Source: a virus
Lineage: Duplodnaviria > Caudoviricetes
DNA: 64,000 bases
IMG/VR virus record: IMGVR_UViG_3300026512_000009
Location: 124-64,123 of that record
Direction: 5' to 3' (one strand)
The position numbers and the translations under genes are program-made. Below the pieces are notes generated by a model that was not told where the DNA came from, ran no database searches, and worked only from the letters and a program-made list of their open reading frames with translations. This document shows positions 1 through 9,427 of this stretch, in pieces (position 1 is the stretch's first letter; each line of letters starts with the position of its first letter).

Positions 1-16
1 TATGTATATATGTGTT

Positions 17-48
17 ATACATACATACATACATACATACATACATAC
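17..48. repeat. (ATAC)8 microsatellite
   Basis: Eight perfect ATAC units read directly. Confidence 0.95.
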
Positions 49-100
49 TAAGAATACACTTTTTATATTCTTCTATAAACCTACCTTAATAGGCTTATAA

Positions 101-130
101 AAGAAGAAGAAGAAGAAGAAGAAGAAGAAG
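101..130. repeat. (AAG)10 microsatellite just downstream of the 416-aa gene stop
   Basis: Direct reading. Confidence 0.95.
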
Positions 131-133
131 AAA

Positions 134-1384
134 TTACACTTGAACTTCCCAAGCATAATCAGTATCTAAATAAACACCTCTTTCTCTAGTTGTTACAGTA
201 GAATAGTCAGCTTCCCAAGATCCTGAAAATCTTAAATCCCAAAGATCTAAATCGATAGGGTAAACTTCTCCTATAGACTTACCTTTGAAATCTTTTCTTA
301 GTTCTGGAGACCACCCATAGCTACTGTTACCAATAGCTATTTTATACCCTCTATCAAGAAGAGTAGAGAATACTTCTCTTACTCTTTCTTTTTGAGAAGC
401 ATAATCTCTTCTAGATTCAATAGAGTCAAATACAATACAACCTTTTCTACTATCAATCCACATAAGAGATTGAAAAACTACAAGACCTTTATTATCAACT
501 AATGCCCATACAGTAGCATTTTCATTAATAATTGAAAACTCCATAGCAGTTTCTCCAGCATCATCTAGTCTCTGACAACAATTAGAGTGTAGTTCTTCTC
601 CACACACTAACATTTCTCTAGCTGTCAGTTCTCTAAAAGTATAAGAACCTACTTTAAAAGGTTCTATTTTTAGAGATTTAACTGAGTCTTTAAAATTGTC
701 AATAATAGTTTCATAAGAAGCTACATCGTCTTTAATAACTCTAAAATCTAAATGGCTTCTTAAAGAAGTATCTTTAGTTATTTCTCTTAGACATCTTTTA
801 CCTCTAAGCACTCTCTTACTGTTAGAATGGTATTTAGACTCCATCTCTAATACCGGTTCAATATTAAATATATCAACACCTGTTTGAGCTAGAAATACTT
901 CAAATTCTGTCAGCTCTGTATGTTTAAACACATTAAACTTATTCCAACCTTGAAATATCACATTGATATTCCAATTATTTACGATACATCTAACAATAAA
1001 AGTAGAGTCAAAATCTATCTTTTTATTATAGATACTGTTTATAATATTTCTAAAGTCTATAGATTTTAATTTCCCACCTCTAAGATGTTTTTTAAAATCT
1101 TTATACGGAGAAAATAAGTAGAAAAACTCATTACTTCTATCTTCACTATACTCTGCATAATCTATATAATCTACCCATGAACTAGCATCATTTACCCATG
1201 CCCATTGAAGATGATTAGGTAACGCTTGAGCAAATTTAAAATCTGGTATCTCGTTAAACCAAAAGTCTTTTCTATATTGCCAATTATTTAAAATAAATAA
1301 TCGTCTTTTAACAGATAGCTTTTCTAAACGCTCAATGTATTCTTCTATACCGTCTAACGACGTAAATAAACTTAATACTTTCAT
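134..1384 (-). CDS. Early hypothetical protein; C-terminal domain with CCQ..G..QS..W..FDSIE pattern (possibly PcfJ-like)
   Basis: 416-aa ORF with AAGGA RBS; family assignment is a weak motif impression. Confidence 0.6.
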   Translation of the reverse strand: MKVLSLFTSLDGIEEYIERLEKLSVKRRLFILNNWQYRKDFWFNEIPDFKFAQALPNHLQWAWVNDASSWVDYIDYAEYSEDRSNEFFYLFSPYKDFKKHLRGGKLKSIDFRNIINSIYNKKIDFDSTFIVRCIVNNWNINVIFQGWNKFNVFKHTELTEFEVFLAQTGVDIFNIEPVLEMESKYHSNSKRVLRGKRCLREITKDTSLRSHLDFRVIKDDVASYETIIDNFKDSVKSLKIEPFKVGSYTFRELTAREMLVCGEELHSNCCQRLDDAGETAMEFSIINENATVWALVDNKGLVVFQSLMWIDSRKGCIVFDSIESRRDYASQKERVREVFSTLLDRGYKIAIGNSSYGWSPELRKDFKGKSIGEVYPIDLDLWDLRFSGSWEADYSTVTTRERGVYLDTDYAWEVQV

Positions 1385-1461
1385 CCTATATCCTTTAATG
1401 TTGATTTTAAGAGTATACTTTTACTCTTATAGATACACACCGTAATGTGCATTTATAAAAG

Positions 1462-1488
1462 GAGTAGTTTATAGACATACTCAGGTCT
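1462..1488 (-). promoter_or_regulatory. H-type RNA pseudoknot, copy 1, in the leader of the 416-aa gene
   Basis: Minus strand AGAC-CUGAGUAU-GUCU-AUAAAC-UACUC; loop GAGUA pairs with UACUC; second covarying copy at 46393-46424. Confidence 0.6.
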
Positions 1489-1507
1489 TAGTGTAGGCAA
1501 AGTGTGC

Positions 1508-1744
1508 TTATATTACTATAGTCTCTTGAAGAGGACCGTATTCTAGACCTGTTCTAGCATCTCTTCTAATGAAAGAATAAAAGAAACTTTTAACTTCCCA
1601 TACTCTATGAGTTTTAAAGAATTGTTTACAAAGATCTTCTTTTAACTGACCAAAACTAATGTCCATTAAACCATAACCTATAATTGTTTTATTTTCTATA
1701 TCTATTTCTACTCTATAACTGTTATCTGCTGCTGTTACTATCAT
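1508..1744 (-). CDS. Early hypothetical protein
   Basis: 78-aa ORF, AAAGGAAA RBS. Confidence 0.7.
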   Translation of the reverse strand: MIVTAADNSYRVEIDIENKTIIGYGLMDISFGQLKEDLCKQFFKTHRVWEVKSFFYSFIRRDARTGLEYGPLQETIVI

Positions 1745-1924
1745 AACATTTCCTTTTTGTTAATTTATATATATGTGTATGTATATATGACTACATGTCA
1801 TACTTTAAGGTAAACTCTATATTTTATAACTCAAAACCAATTGAGTTCAATAAAGTATAGAGAACAATACCTCATTTAAACACACCTTAATGTGCTTAAA
1901 AGAAGCAGAGGAAAACCCTCTAAC

Positions 1925-2221
1925 TTATAATATTACTGCATATAATTTCCATAATAAGAAAAGTGCTAATACTTCCTGTACTTCCCATCCTTTCACATTT
2001 GTAACTTTAAAAAGGTTGTTTTCTAGATCTACCGTAGCTGTATGTATTAACCCTCTTTGTCCTCTCCAAGAGAATAAGAAATTACCATTTGGTAATATTC
2101 TTCTGTCTAGTAATTCCATACCTACTCTAGTTAACACTCCATTAGCTACTACCATTAATTCATTTACATTAATTCCTAACACACCACACTTCACTGTCAC
2201 TACATTTACTTGATTTCTCAT
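1925..2221 (-). CDS. Early hypothetical protein
   Basis: 98-aa ORF, AAAGGAAA RBS. Confidence 0.7.
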   Translation of the reverse strand: MRNQVNVVTVKCGVLGINVNELMVVANGVLTRVGMELLDRRILPNGNFLFSWRGQRGLIHTATVDLENNLFKVTNVKGWEVQEVLALFLLWKLYAVIL

Positions 2222-2399
2222 AGTATTTCCTTTTTGTTATATATGTATATATGTATATATGTATATTTCTATACCTCTATACTTAGAGCATAGTCTTGAA
2301 CCATGCTCTTAACACTTGTCTTACCAAGTTTTAATTAAGGCACTATTGCCTTATATTAACCTACCTTAGTAGATTAATAAAAAGCAATTAAGCAGGAGA

Positions 2400-2699
2400 T
2401 TACTCTCCTAGTCTTAATATACTATAAGATTTATTTCTAATCATTTCAGCTTTAGTAGCTGCTGGAGCTTTTTTAAACTTAGCTCTCATGTCACTAATAT
2501 AGCTTGCTGGTACATTATCTTTAAACCAGCTTACTACTGCTGCTACTGATCCATCAAATGCTGCTACCAATAACTTCCAGTTCTCTGCTTTGAACACCCA
2601 ACTAACTAAATCTAAAGTTAATTCTGCTACTTTTAGAACAAGTTTTAAACCTTGTTTAACTACTACTACTGTCTTTTTAATGATGTTTGTTTTCATCAT
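2400..2699 (-). CDS. Early protein, paralog of 59602-59976
   Basis: Shared FxGS..AVVSWF.D...R..F.KA...TKA.M.R block; AAGGAG RBS. Confidence 0.75.
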   Translation of the reverse strand: MMKTNIIKKTVVVVKQGLKLVLKVAELTLDLVSWVFKAENWKLLVAAFDGSVAAVVSWFKDNVPASYISDMRAKFKKAPAATKAEMIRNKSYSILRLGE

Positions 2700-2844
2700 A
2701 GCTCCTTTGAATTTTCCTATAAGGATTGTTATTTAGAGGTCTGTACGGGGGGTAACCCACCTTGGCTCCTACCGTCGCCTCTCTACTGCCCTTATACTAA
2801 AATTATTATTTCTCACACGAATTTTTGCCTTACTCCTCTCTTCT

Positions 2845-2853
2845 TGTTATAAT
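2845..2853 (+). promoter_or_regulatory. Extended -10 sigma70-type promoter (TGTTATAAT) for the late operon
   Basis: TGnTATAAT about 25 nt upstream of the first + strand gene; N4-like late genes use host RNAP. Confidence 0.55.
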
Positions 2854-2878
2854 TAGATAAAAAGATAAGGAAGGTATA

Positions 2879-3208
2879 ATGGGAACATTAAAGTTAAAGA
2901 TACAGGTAGAGAATAATAAAGTAGTTAAGAGTACATATAGTACATGGTATAACGTTATAAGAAGTTTATTTCCTAAAACTGCTACTACTGCAGAAATAGA
3001 GACATATGTATCAGGAGAGAATGCAGGTAAAATAGTTATTACTTATAAAGATGAGAATAATGATGGTACTGTTACTTCTATTGTTAATGATATTATAGGA
3101 GCTACGCATAAAGACGATGATGATAATGATCTTATTAAAGCTATATATGACGATATAAAAGATAAAGAAGATGATATAGCAGACTATACAGAAGTAGAGT
3201 ATGATTAA
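2879..3208 (+). CDS. Acidic hypothetical late protein
   Basis: 109-aa ORF, AAGGAAGG RBS. Confidence 0.7.
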   Translation: MGTLKLKIQVENNKVVKSTYSTWYNVIRSLFPKTATTAEIETYVSGENAGKIVITYKDENNDGTVTSIVNDIIGATHKDDDDNDLIKAIYDDIKDKEDDIADYTEVEYD

Positions 3209-3675
3209 TGGCTTTCTATAAAAGAAAACAATTAGAGTATGAATTAGAGGAAGGTAGAGTATACCTTCTTAAACTCCACTTAGATGATAAGACTGTTTAC
3301 AAGATAGGAATAACATTTAGTGAAAGAGTAGAAGATAGAATGGTGGAGATATTACTTAGCTTTTTTAAAACTTATAGGTATATACCTAAAACTGTATTGA
3401 AGAAGAACATAAAAACTAAAATACCTAGAACTTTTGAAAAACATATACATTATATGCTAAAAGATTATTCTTATACATTTAGTAAGAAGTTTAACGGCTA
3501 CACAGAATTCTTTACAGATATTGATGAGAAAACACTAATCGATTATATGACCAACTTAGATTATAAAGCAGTTTTAGAAGGTGTAGATCGTATGCCTATT
3601 AAAGAATATAATACAGTAAAAGAAGAACTAGATAAAGACAAAGAAAAGTTATTAGATGGTATATTACCATTTTAA
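3208..3675 (+). CDS. GIY-YIG-superfamily (T5orf172/MUG113-like) nuclease-domain protein
   Basis: VYLLK...YKIGIT...R...E..IH...GYTEFF pattern. Confidence 0.65.
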   Translation: MAFYKRKQLEYELEEGRVYLLKLHLDDKTVYKIGITFSERVEDRMVEILLSFFKTYRYIPKTVLKKNIKTKIPRTFEKHIHYMLKDYSYTFSKKFNGYTEFFTDIDEKTLIDYMTNLDYKAVLEGVDRMPIKEYNTVKEELDKDKEKLLDGILPF

Positions 3676-3684
3676 GGAGAATTA

Positions 3685-4368
3685 ATGAGTAAATTAACTA
3701 AAGAATTATTAACTGAAATAGTACCTAAAAGGATGAAGAATAATATAACAGATGAAGTAGTAGGTACTATTAACCATTTAATAGAAGATCCAGACTTTGG
3801 AGAACAATTTAAAGAAGAGTTACTTACTTACTCTAACTTATTAGATCATAATCCTAACTGGAATATAAAGAATTATATGAATGCTATTAAATTCTATACT
3901 CAAGTAAATAACGGTAAAACCATAGTAGATGCTTACTGTACTACTTTTCCTGAAAGATTACAGAGAAGGTTAGATAAAGGAGAAGCTAAAGCTGATATTA
4001 CAGGAGAAGCTAGTAGATATAATAAGTCTCAATTAGTTAATAAGATTAGAGAACAAGCATTAGTTCCTGTACATTTAACTAATCAACATCTATTACAGAA
4101 AATGATAAATGAAGCTGCTAAGTTAGCTACTAGTGCTAAGAGTGAAATGGCTAGAGTTAAAGCTATTGATACTTTATTAGGTTACTTAACTCCACCAGAA
4201 ACAGCTAAAGTAGAAGTAGACATTAAGACAAGTAATGTCAATGCTATAGATGAATTAAGAAAGGCTACTGAAGAATTAGCTTTACAGCAATTACAAAGTA
4301 TTAAAGCAGGTAAAGCAGTAAAAGAAATGATAGAGATACCTATATTAGAGGCAGAGTTAGATGAGTGA
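3685..4368 (+). CDS. Terminase small subunit (N4 gp69-like)
   Basis: Directly upstream of TerL; SEMARVKAIDTLLGYLTPPE motif; N4 synteny. Confidence 0.7.
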   Translation: MSKLTKELLTEIVPKRMKNNITDEVVGTINHLIEDPDFGEQFKEELLTYSNLLDHNPNWNIKNYMNAIKFYTQVNNGKTIVDAYCTTFPERLQRRLDKGEAKADITGEASRYNKSQLVNKIREQALVPVHLTNQHLLQKMINEAAKLATSAKSEMARVKAIDTLLGYLTPPETAKVEVDIKTSNVNAIDELRKATEELALQQLQSIKAGKAVKEMIEIPILEAELDE

Positions 4369-5980
4369 TTTAGCGATACCTTTAGAACAAAGAGTAAATC
4401 AAGTAGATTATAAAGCTTTATTCGATAAAATTCCTAGTAAAGAAGCAATGGAGTTTATTAACTTTATTAAATTAGTTAATGGTAAGAAAGGTGAAGAGAA
4501 TAAATCTTCAATTATCCACTTAGATATGATAGATACAGTAGTAACTAGTAGAGAAAACTTATTTGTATCTTTTAGAGGTTCAGCTAAGACTACTGTACTG
4601 CATGAGTATATGTTTTTATATATAGCTACTTATGGTAAATTTCCTGGATTTGGAGAAGTAGACGTAGCTATGTACGTATCTGATACTATAGATAATGGTG
4701 TTAAGTCTATGAGACAGAACTTAGAATACAGATGGTCTGAAAGTCCTTTCTTACAAAAGTACTTACCTAAAGCTAAATTTACAGATGTTAGATGGGAATT
4801 TGAAAACTTATCAGGTAAAAAGTTCTGTATTAGAGGATTTGGAGCAAGTACAGGAGTTAGAGGATTTAAAGAATACGGTAAAAGACCTACATGGCTTAGC
4901 TTAGATGACCTTATGTCTGATAAGAATGCAGAATCTCCAACTATTGTACAAGATATAGAGAATATCATCTATAAAGCTGCTAGACAAGCACTAGCTCCTG
5001 GTAAAAGAATGATTAACTGGACTGGTACACCTTTTAATAAAAAAGATCCTTTATATAAAGCAGCTAGTGGGACTTCATGGACTGTTAAGACTTACCCTAT
5101 ATGTGAAAAGTATCCATGTACTAGAGAAGAATTTGTCGGTGCATGGGAAGACAGATTTAATTATGACTTCGTTAAAAATGAATATGAACAGCTTTTAGGT
5201 AATGATCAGATATCTGCATTTAACCAAGAACTTATGTTAAGGATTATATCTAACGAAGATAGACTTATTCAGGATGGAGATATTGTATGGTATGATAGCC
5301 TATTAGTTATGAAGAATAAAAGACGATTTAACTTTTATATAACTACAGATTTTGCTACCTCTAAGAAACAGAAAGCTGATTATAGTGTTATAAGTGTATG
5401 GGCTTACAGTAATAACGGGGATTGGTTATGGGTAGACGGTAAAGTCGCTAAACAAGGTATGAGTAGTAATATAGATGATTTATTTAGATTTGTAAGTATA
5501 TATAAACCTTTAAATGTAGGTATAGAGGTTACAGGACAACAAGGGGGTTTTATAGACTGGATACAAGAGAAGATGATAGAGAAGAATGTATTCTTTAACT
5601 TAGCTAGTGACAATAATAGCAGTAATCCAGGTATAAGACCTGCTACTGATAAGTTAGTCAGATTTAAGACCGTAGAACCTTTATTTAAGAATAGGAAGAT
5701 ATGGTTACCTAAAGATAAGAAAAACACTATAGAAATTATGGAAGCTTTAGACGAATTGACTAATGCGTCGAATGAAGGCTTTAAATCAGCTCATGATGAT
5801 TTTATAGATACGATATCTATGTTATCTTTAATGAAACCTATAAAACCCACTTTAGATAGTTTTTCAGAAAAAGAAGCTAACCGGGTAAATTACAATACTC
5901 ATAGTACTTATGATATGGTATCATACCATGATGATTATATTGAAAAAGCAGAAGAAATTAATGAATACGATGTGTATTAA
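4361..5980 (+). CDS. terL: Terminase large subunit (N4 gp68-like)
   Basis: Walker A FRGSAKTT, Walker B LSLDDL, GTP coupling motif, nuclease TTDFA...DYS and HDDFID. Confidence 0.95.
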   Translation: MSDLAIPLEQRVNQVDYKALFDKIPSKEAMEFINFIKLVNGKKGEENKSSIIHLDMIDTVVTSRENLFVSFRGSAKTTVLHEYMFLYIATYGKFPGFGEVDVAMYVSDTIDNGVKSMRQNLEYRWSESPFLQKYLPKAKFTDVRWEFENLSGKKFCIRGFGASTGVRGFKEYGKRPTWLSLDDLMSDKNAESPTIVQDIENIIYKAARQALAPGKRMINWTGTPFNKKDPLYKAASGTSWTVKTYPICEKYPCTREEFVGAWEDRFNYDFVKNEYEQLLGNDQISAFNQELMLRIISNEDRLIQDGDIVWYDSLLVMKNKRRFNFYITTDFATSKKQKADYSVISVWAYSNNGDWLWVDGKVAKQGMSSNIDDLFRFVSIYKPLNVGIEVTGQQGGFIDWIQEKMIEKNVFFNLASDNNSSNPGIRPATDKLVRFKTVEPLFKNRKIWLPKDKKNTIEIMEALDELTNASNEGFKSAHDDFIDTISMLSLMKPIKPTLDSFSEKEANRVNYNTHSTYDMVSYHDDYIEKAEEINEYDVY

Positions 5981-5986
5981 TAAAGG

Positions 5987-6349
5987 ATGTATATGAACAC
6001 TAGAGTTAGTGGTAACGGTATATGGATAAACGACATATTAGTATACACTACTGATGATAATGGCGATCCTACTAATGTAGAAGTTGTTAGTAATGATATT
6101 GACGCTATAGTAAATCGGGTATACTTATGTGATACTACAGAAGACGGTTTTGACGTTACACTACCATCTGGTAGTGATTTAGGGAAGTATTTTCTTATTA
6201 TTGATATAAAAGGTACATTTGAAGATAATCCAGTAAACTTAAAAGGTAATGGTACTACTATCATGGGAGAAGACGAGGATTTCACATTAGATGTAAATGA
6301 TCGAGAATATAAAATAATCTATGTAGATGATGATTGGAGGGTAGTGTAA
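5987..6349 (+). CDS. Small acidic tail-fibre-associated protein
   Basis: LCDTT..GF.VTLP...G..IID.KGTF..NPVNLKGNG module, repeated at the N-terminus of the next gene. Confidence 0.6.
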   Translation: MYMNTRVSGNGIWINDILVYTTDDNGDPTNVEVVSNDIDAIVNRVYLCDTTEDGFDVTLPSGSDLGKYFLIIDIKGTFEDNPVNLKGNGTTIMGEDEDFTLDVNDREYKIIYVDDDWRVV

Positions 6350-8250
6350 TGGGTAAATTTAGTGACTATTTTAGAGATAAAATTAAACAAGTAGGTGGAG
6401 AAGGTAGTGGAATATTAAGTCTTGAAAACATAAATAGTGATACAACTGCTAAAACTTCTAAAGCATACTTATGCGATGTCAGTGATGATGGTTTTAAAGT
6501 TACTTTACCTAAGAGTCCAAAGGATGATGATATTATAGGAGTAGTAAATTATAAGGGTTCTTTTAAAGATAATAATTTAAAGATAGACGGAAATGGTAAT
6601 AAAATAAATGGAAAGGATACATATACTTGCAAATTAACTGATACTTCTTATACTTTACAATACAGTGAAGACAATGAAGAATGGGTTTGTTTAATAAGTA
6701 GTTCCTTTGCCTTAAGCAGTTTATTTGCCGAATTTATGTGCGAAATTCCTGAACTAAGTAATCAAAGTGCAGATGAAATAAACGAGGGAGATTATATCGA
6801 GATTGATATAGACAATTACGATGAAAATGCCGAGTATTTAGTTGATAATGAGTTAGTTACGAAATTTGTTTATAAAAGTGATAAAACTTTTAAGGTATAT
6901 TTCGGAAATGTTGATGAAGATACAGACACAACTTTTAGAGTTAGGGCAATTAAAACAGGGTATATTTCAAGTTCGTGGAGTGATGAAATATCAATAACTG
7001 TTAAAGATAAACCAGAAGAAGAAGACGATGCGATTATAAATGATGCTTTTGCTGATAATGAGGACAGCTCATCTGATTGTGATGTAACAAATGATAAAGG
7101 GGTATTTACAGAAGACGGAGGAGAATATAAAGAAGTTATTACAGAGCAAGGGGACGATGAGGAAGATTGGTCATCTTATCAAACAATAGCAAGGATAGAA
7201 TTAGAAAAAATGGATATTATTGATAATGATACCGACACTGATACATTAGCAGTAACAGATGAAAAAATTAAAGATGTATCTAAATGTTACATTATAAATG
7301 ATGATTACCCTGACGGAGTTGAGATAGATATAGGGGATGTTGATGATGAAAGTGGGAATACTACAGATACATTAGATATATTTGATGATGATAGTTGTAT
7401 TGCTTGTTATAATTTTGATGGTGATGCTACTGATTTAAGTGGGAATTATGATGGCACAGCTACTAATATCGATTATGTGGATGGTAAATTTGATAAAGGT
7501 GCAAAATTTAATGGTTCTTCTAGTTATATTCAATTTCCTGATAACACATTTACATCAGGTAAAGATTTTGCAATAACTTTTTGGATAAAATGCGAAGATG
7601 TATCAGCATCACATAGACACGTTACATTACGACATAATCATAATATAGAATTATTTATACAAGATAGTAAAATAAGCTTAGGAGATACAGGGACAAAAAC
7701 CCTGGAAGACGATACTTGGTATTTTTGTGCATTTTCAGCAACCGCAGATGGTACTACAGGTAAAATTTACGATGCTGATGGAGAATTAGAGACTATAACT
7801 ACAAATGATGATGTTAGAGGGTCTGGTTCATTTGATCACGATTGGTTAGGTAGAAATGATGATAGTTACTATGAAGGAACAATAGACCAAGTTAGAATAT
7901 TTAACAGAACATTATCAGACGATGAAATAGATAAATTATACAATGAAGAAAAATCAAAATATAAAGCTGACATCTCTTCAAACGATTTAGATAATGCTCC
8001 TACAAGTGCTTATTTCATAGAAGAAAACATAACAATAAAAACAGCACTTACAAAAGATAATGACCCAACAGATGATGATTTTAACGATGAAGATTTAGAT
8101 ACTTGGAAAATAGATACTGATAATGACTATAAAGAAAATAGTTATAAAAAAGTTAGTGATTATAGTGGAAATAAATTCCAAAGAAAAATAACTGGTGATA
8201 AAAATGCTAATGTTACTTACTTAAAATCAAATATGTGGAAGGATAACTAA
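6349..8250 (+). CDS. Acidic tail/receptor-binding protein with LamG (concanavalin A-like) domain
   Basis: ACYNFDGDATDLSGN...FNGSSSYI...GTIDQVRIFNRTLS LamG signature; likely ATG at 6349 overlapping the upstream stop. Confidence 0.75.
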   Translation: MGKFSDYFRDKIKQVGGEGSGILSLENINSDTTAKTSKAYLCDVSDDGFKVTLPKSPKDDDIIGVVNYKGSFKDNNLKIDGNGNKINGKDTYTCKLTDTSYTLQYSEDNEEWVCLISSSFALSSLFAEFMCEIPELSNQSADEINEGDYIEIDIDNYDENAEYLVDNELVTKFVYKSDKTFKVYFGNVDEDTDTTFRVRAIKTGYISSSWSDEISITVKDKPEEEDDAIINDAFADNEDSSSDCDVTNDKGVFTEDGGEYKEVITEQGDDEEDWSSYQTIARIELEKMDIIDNDTDTDTLAVTDEKIKDVSKCYIINDDYPDGVEIDIGDVDDESGNTTDTLDIFDDDSCIACYNFDGDATDLSGNYDGTATNIDYVDGKFDKGAKFNGSSSYIQFPDNTFTSGKDFAITFWIKCEDVSASHRHVTLRHNHNIELFIQDSKISLGDTGTKTLEDDTWYFCAFSATADGTTGKIYDADGELETITTNDDVRGSGSFDHDWLGRNDDSYYEGTIDQVRIFNRTLSDDEIDKLYNEEKSKYKADISSNDLDNAPTSAYFIEENITIKTALTKDNDPTDDDFNDEDLDTWKIDTDNDYKENSYKKVSDYSGNKFQRKITGDKNANVTYLKSNMWKDN

Positions 8251-8251
8251 A

Positions 8252-8635
8252 ATGGGATATAAAAAGACAACTGAAATAATTGGAATGAGACATAGAACTT
8301 ATTATGAAGAAGAACCACAAAAAGTTGGTGTAAAGAAAGGTAAAATAAGAAAAGATATATCTAAAATTAGTGATAGGGACGACCTTATTGCTGATTTATT
8401 TAAGTTAAATTTTCTTACTATTTCAGCACTTAAATATGTTTATAATGCTTTACCAGATGATATAAAAGATGATATACCAGATAAAGCAAAAGAGTTATTA
8501 GATAGTTCATTTAAAAAGTATGAAGAAACTAAAACAATAATGGATTTATATATAGAAAATAGGGATATGTCCTTTATTGATAGAGTTTTAACTAAACAAG
8601 AAGAAATAACTAAAATAGTGGAGAAAAATAAATGA
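8252..8635 (+). CDS. Hypothetical protein, possibly a tail-fibre assembly chaperone
   Basis: 127-aa ORF following the fibre gene; function from position only. Confidence 0.55.
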   Translation: MGYKKTTEIIGMRHRTYYEEEPQKVGVKKGKIRKDISKISDRDDLIADLFKLNFLTISALKYVYNALPDDIKDDIPDKAKELLDSSFKKYEETKTIMDLYIENRDMSFIDRVLTKQEEITKIVEKNK

Positions 8636-8964
8636 TTAGGTATAGTGATTTTAAAGTTTACCCTATGAGAAACCATAGATATAAGATAATTGAAGATATT
8701 CAATATTATAATGTAATAGTCCCCAAAGGATATAAAACTAATGGGGGTAATATTCCAAGATTATTTTGGAGTATTTTACCACCAAATGATAGTGAGATGT
8801 TACCTTTGTATATTATTCACGATTATTTATGTGATTTAGAACAATATAAAAAGGCTGATACATATCTGTATAAAGTAGGTTTAGATTTAAAAGTTTCTAA
8901 ATGGAAATTAAAATTAGTTTATTATGCCATTAGACTTTATCATAAAATTAGATATAATTCATAG
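8632..8964 (+). CDS. DUF1353-family protein
   Basis: IVPKGYKTNGGNIPRLFWS...IIHDYLC...KAD motif. Confidence 0.8.
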   Translation: MIRYSDFKVYPMRNHRYKIIEDIQYYNVIVPKGYKTNGGNIPRLFWSILPPNDSEMLPLYIIHDYLCDLEQYKKADTYLYKVGLDLKVSKWKLKLVYYAIRLYHKIRYNS

Positions 8965-9154
8965 AAACGAAAAGAATAGTGCGATCGGTATAGTAAGTAT
9001 GTTAGCAAATGCAGGAATTGATTTAGTATCTAAATTTATAGATACAAGTAGAGATAAAGTTTTTGTAAAGGGGTATATGACTACTACTCTATCATTCTAT
9101 TTTAGTTTTTCAAAAACTGAAGCAGATAAGCATAAACGAGGATATAAATTATGA
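8960..9154 (+). pseudogene. Probable internally deleted holin-like gene remnant
   Basis: IVSMLANAGIDLVSKFID joined directly to GYMTTTLSFYFSFSK; resembles the two ends of a holin; no good start. Confidence 0.35.
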
Positions 9155-9199
9155 TAAATGAAAGGATAAATCTAAAACAAAATAAACTAAAGGATAAAG

Positions 9200-9427
9200 A
9201 TGGTATTAGTTATATGGGATTATAATGAAAAAGTATATAGTAAAATGTTTAAGTTAGAAGATATTATGTATAAGAAAGAATTAAAATTAAACGGTAGAAA
9301 ACCTAATAAGTTAATTATACCTGAAAACCTTTACATCGGTAAAACTAAAAATAAACTAAAAAAGTTATGTGCTTATAACGCTAAGATAGTTACTATAAAG
9401 GATAAACATGACATTCAAAGAACTTAA
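9200..9427 (+). CDS. Hypothetical protein
   Basis: 75-aa ORF with AAGGA RBS. Confidence 0.55.
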   Translation: MVLVIWDYNEKVYSKMFKLEDIMYKKELKLNGRKPNKLIIPENLYIGKTKNKLKKLCAYNAKIVTIKDKHDIQRT

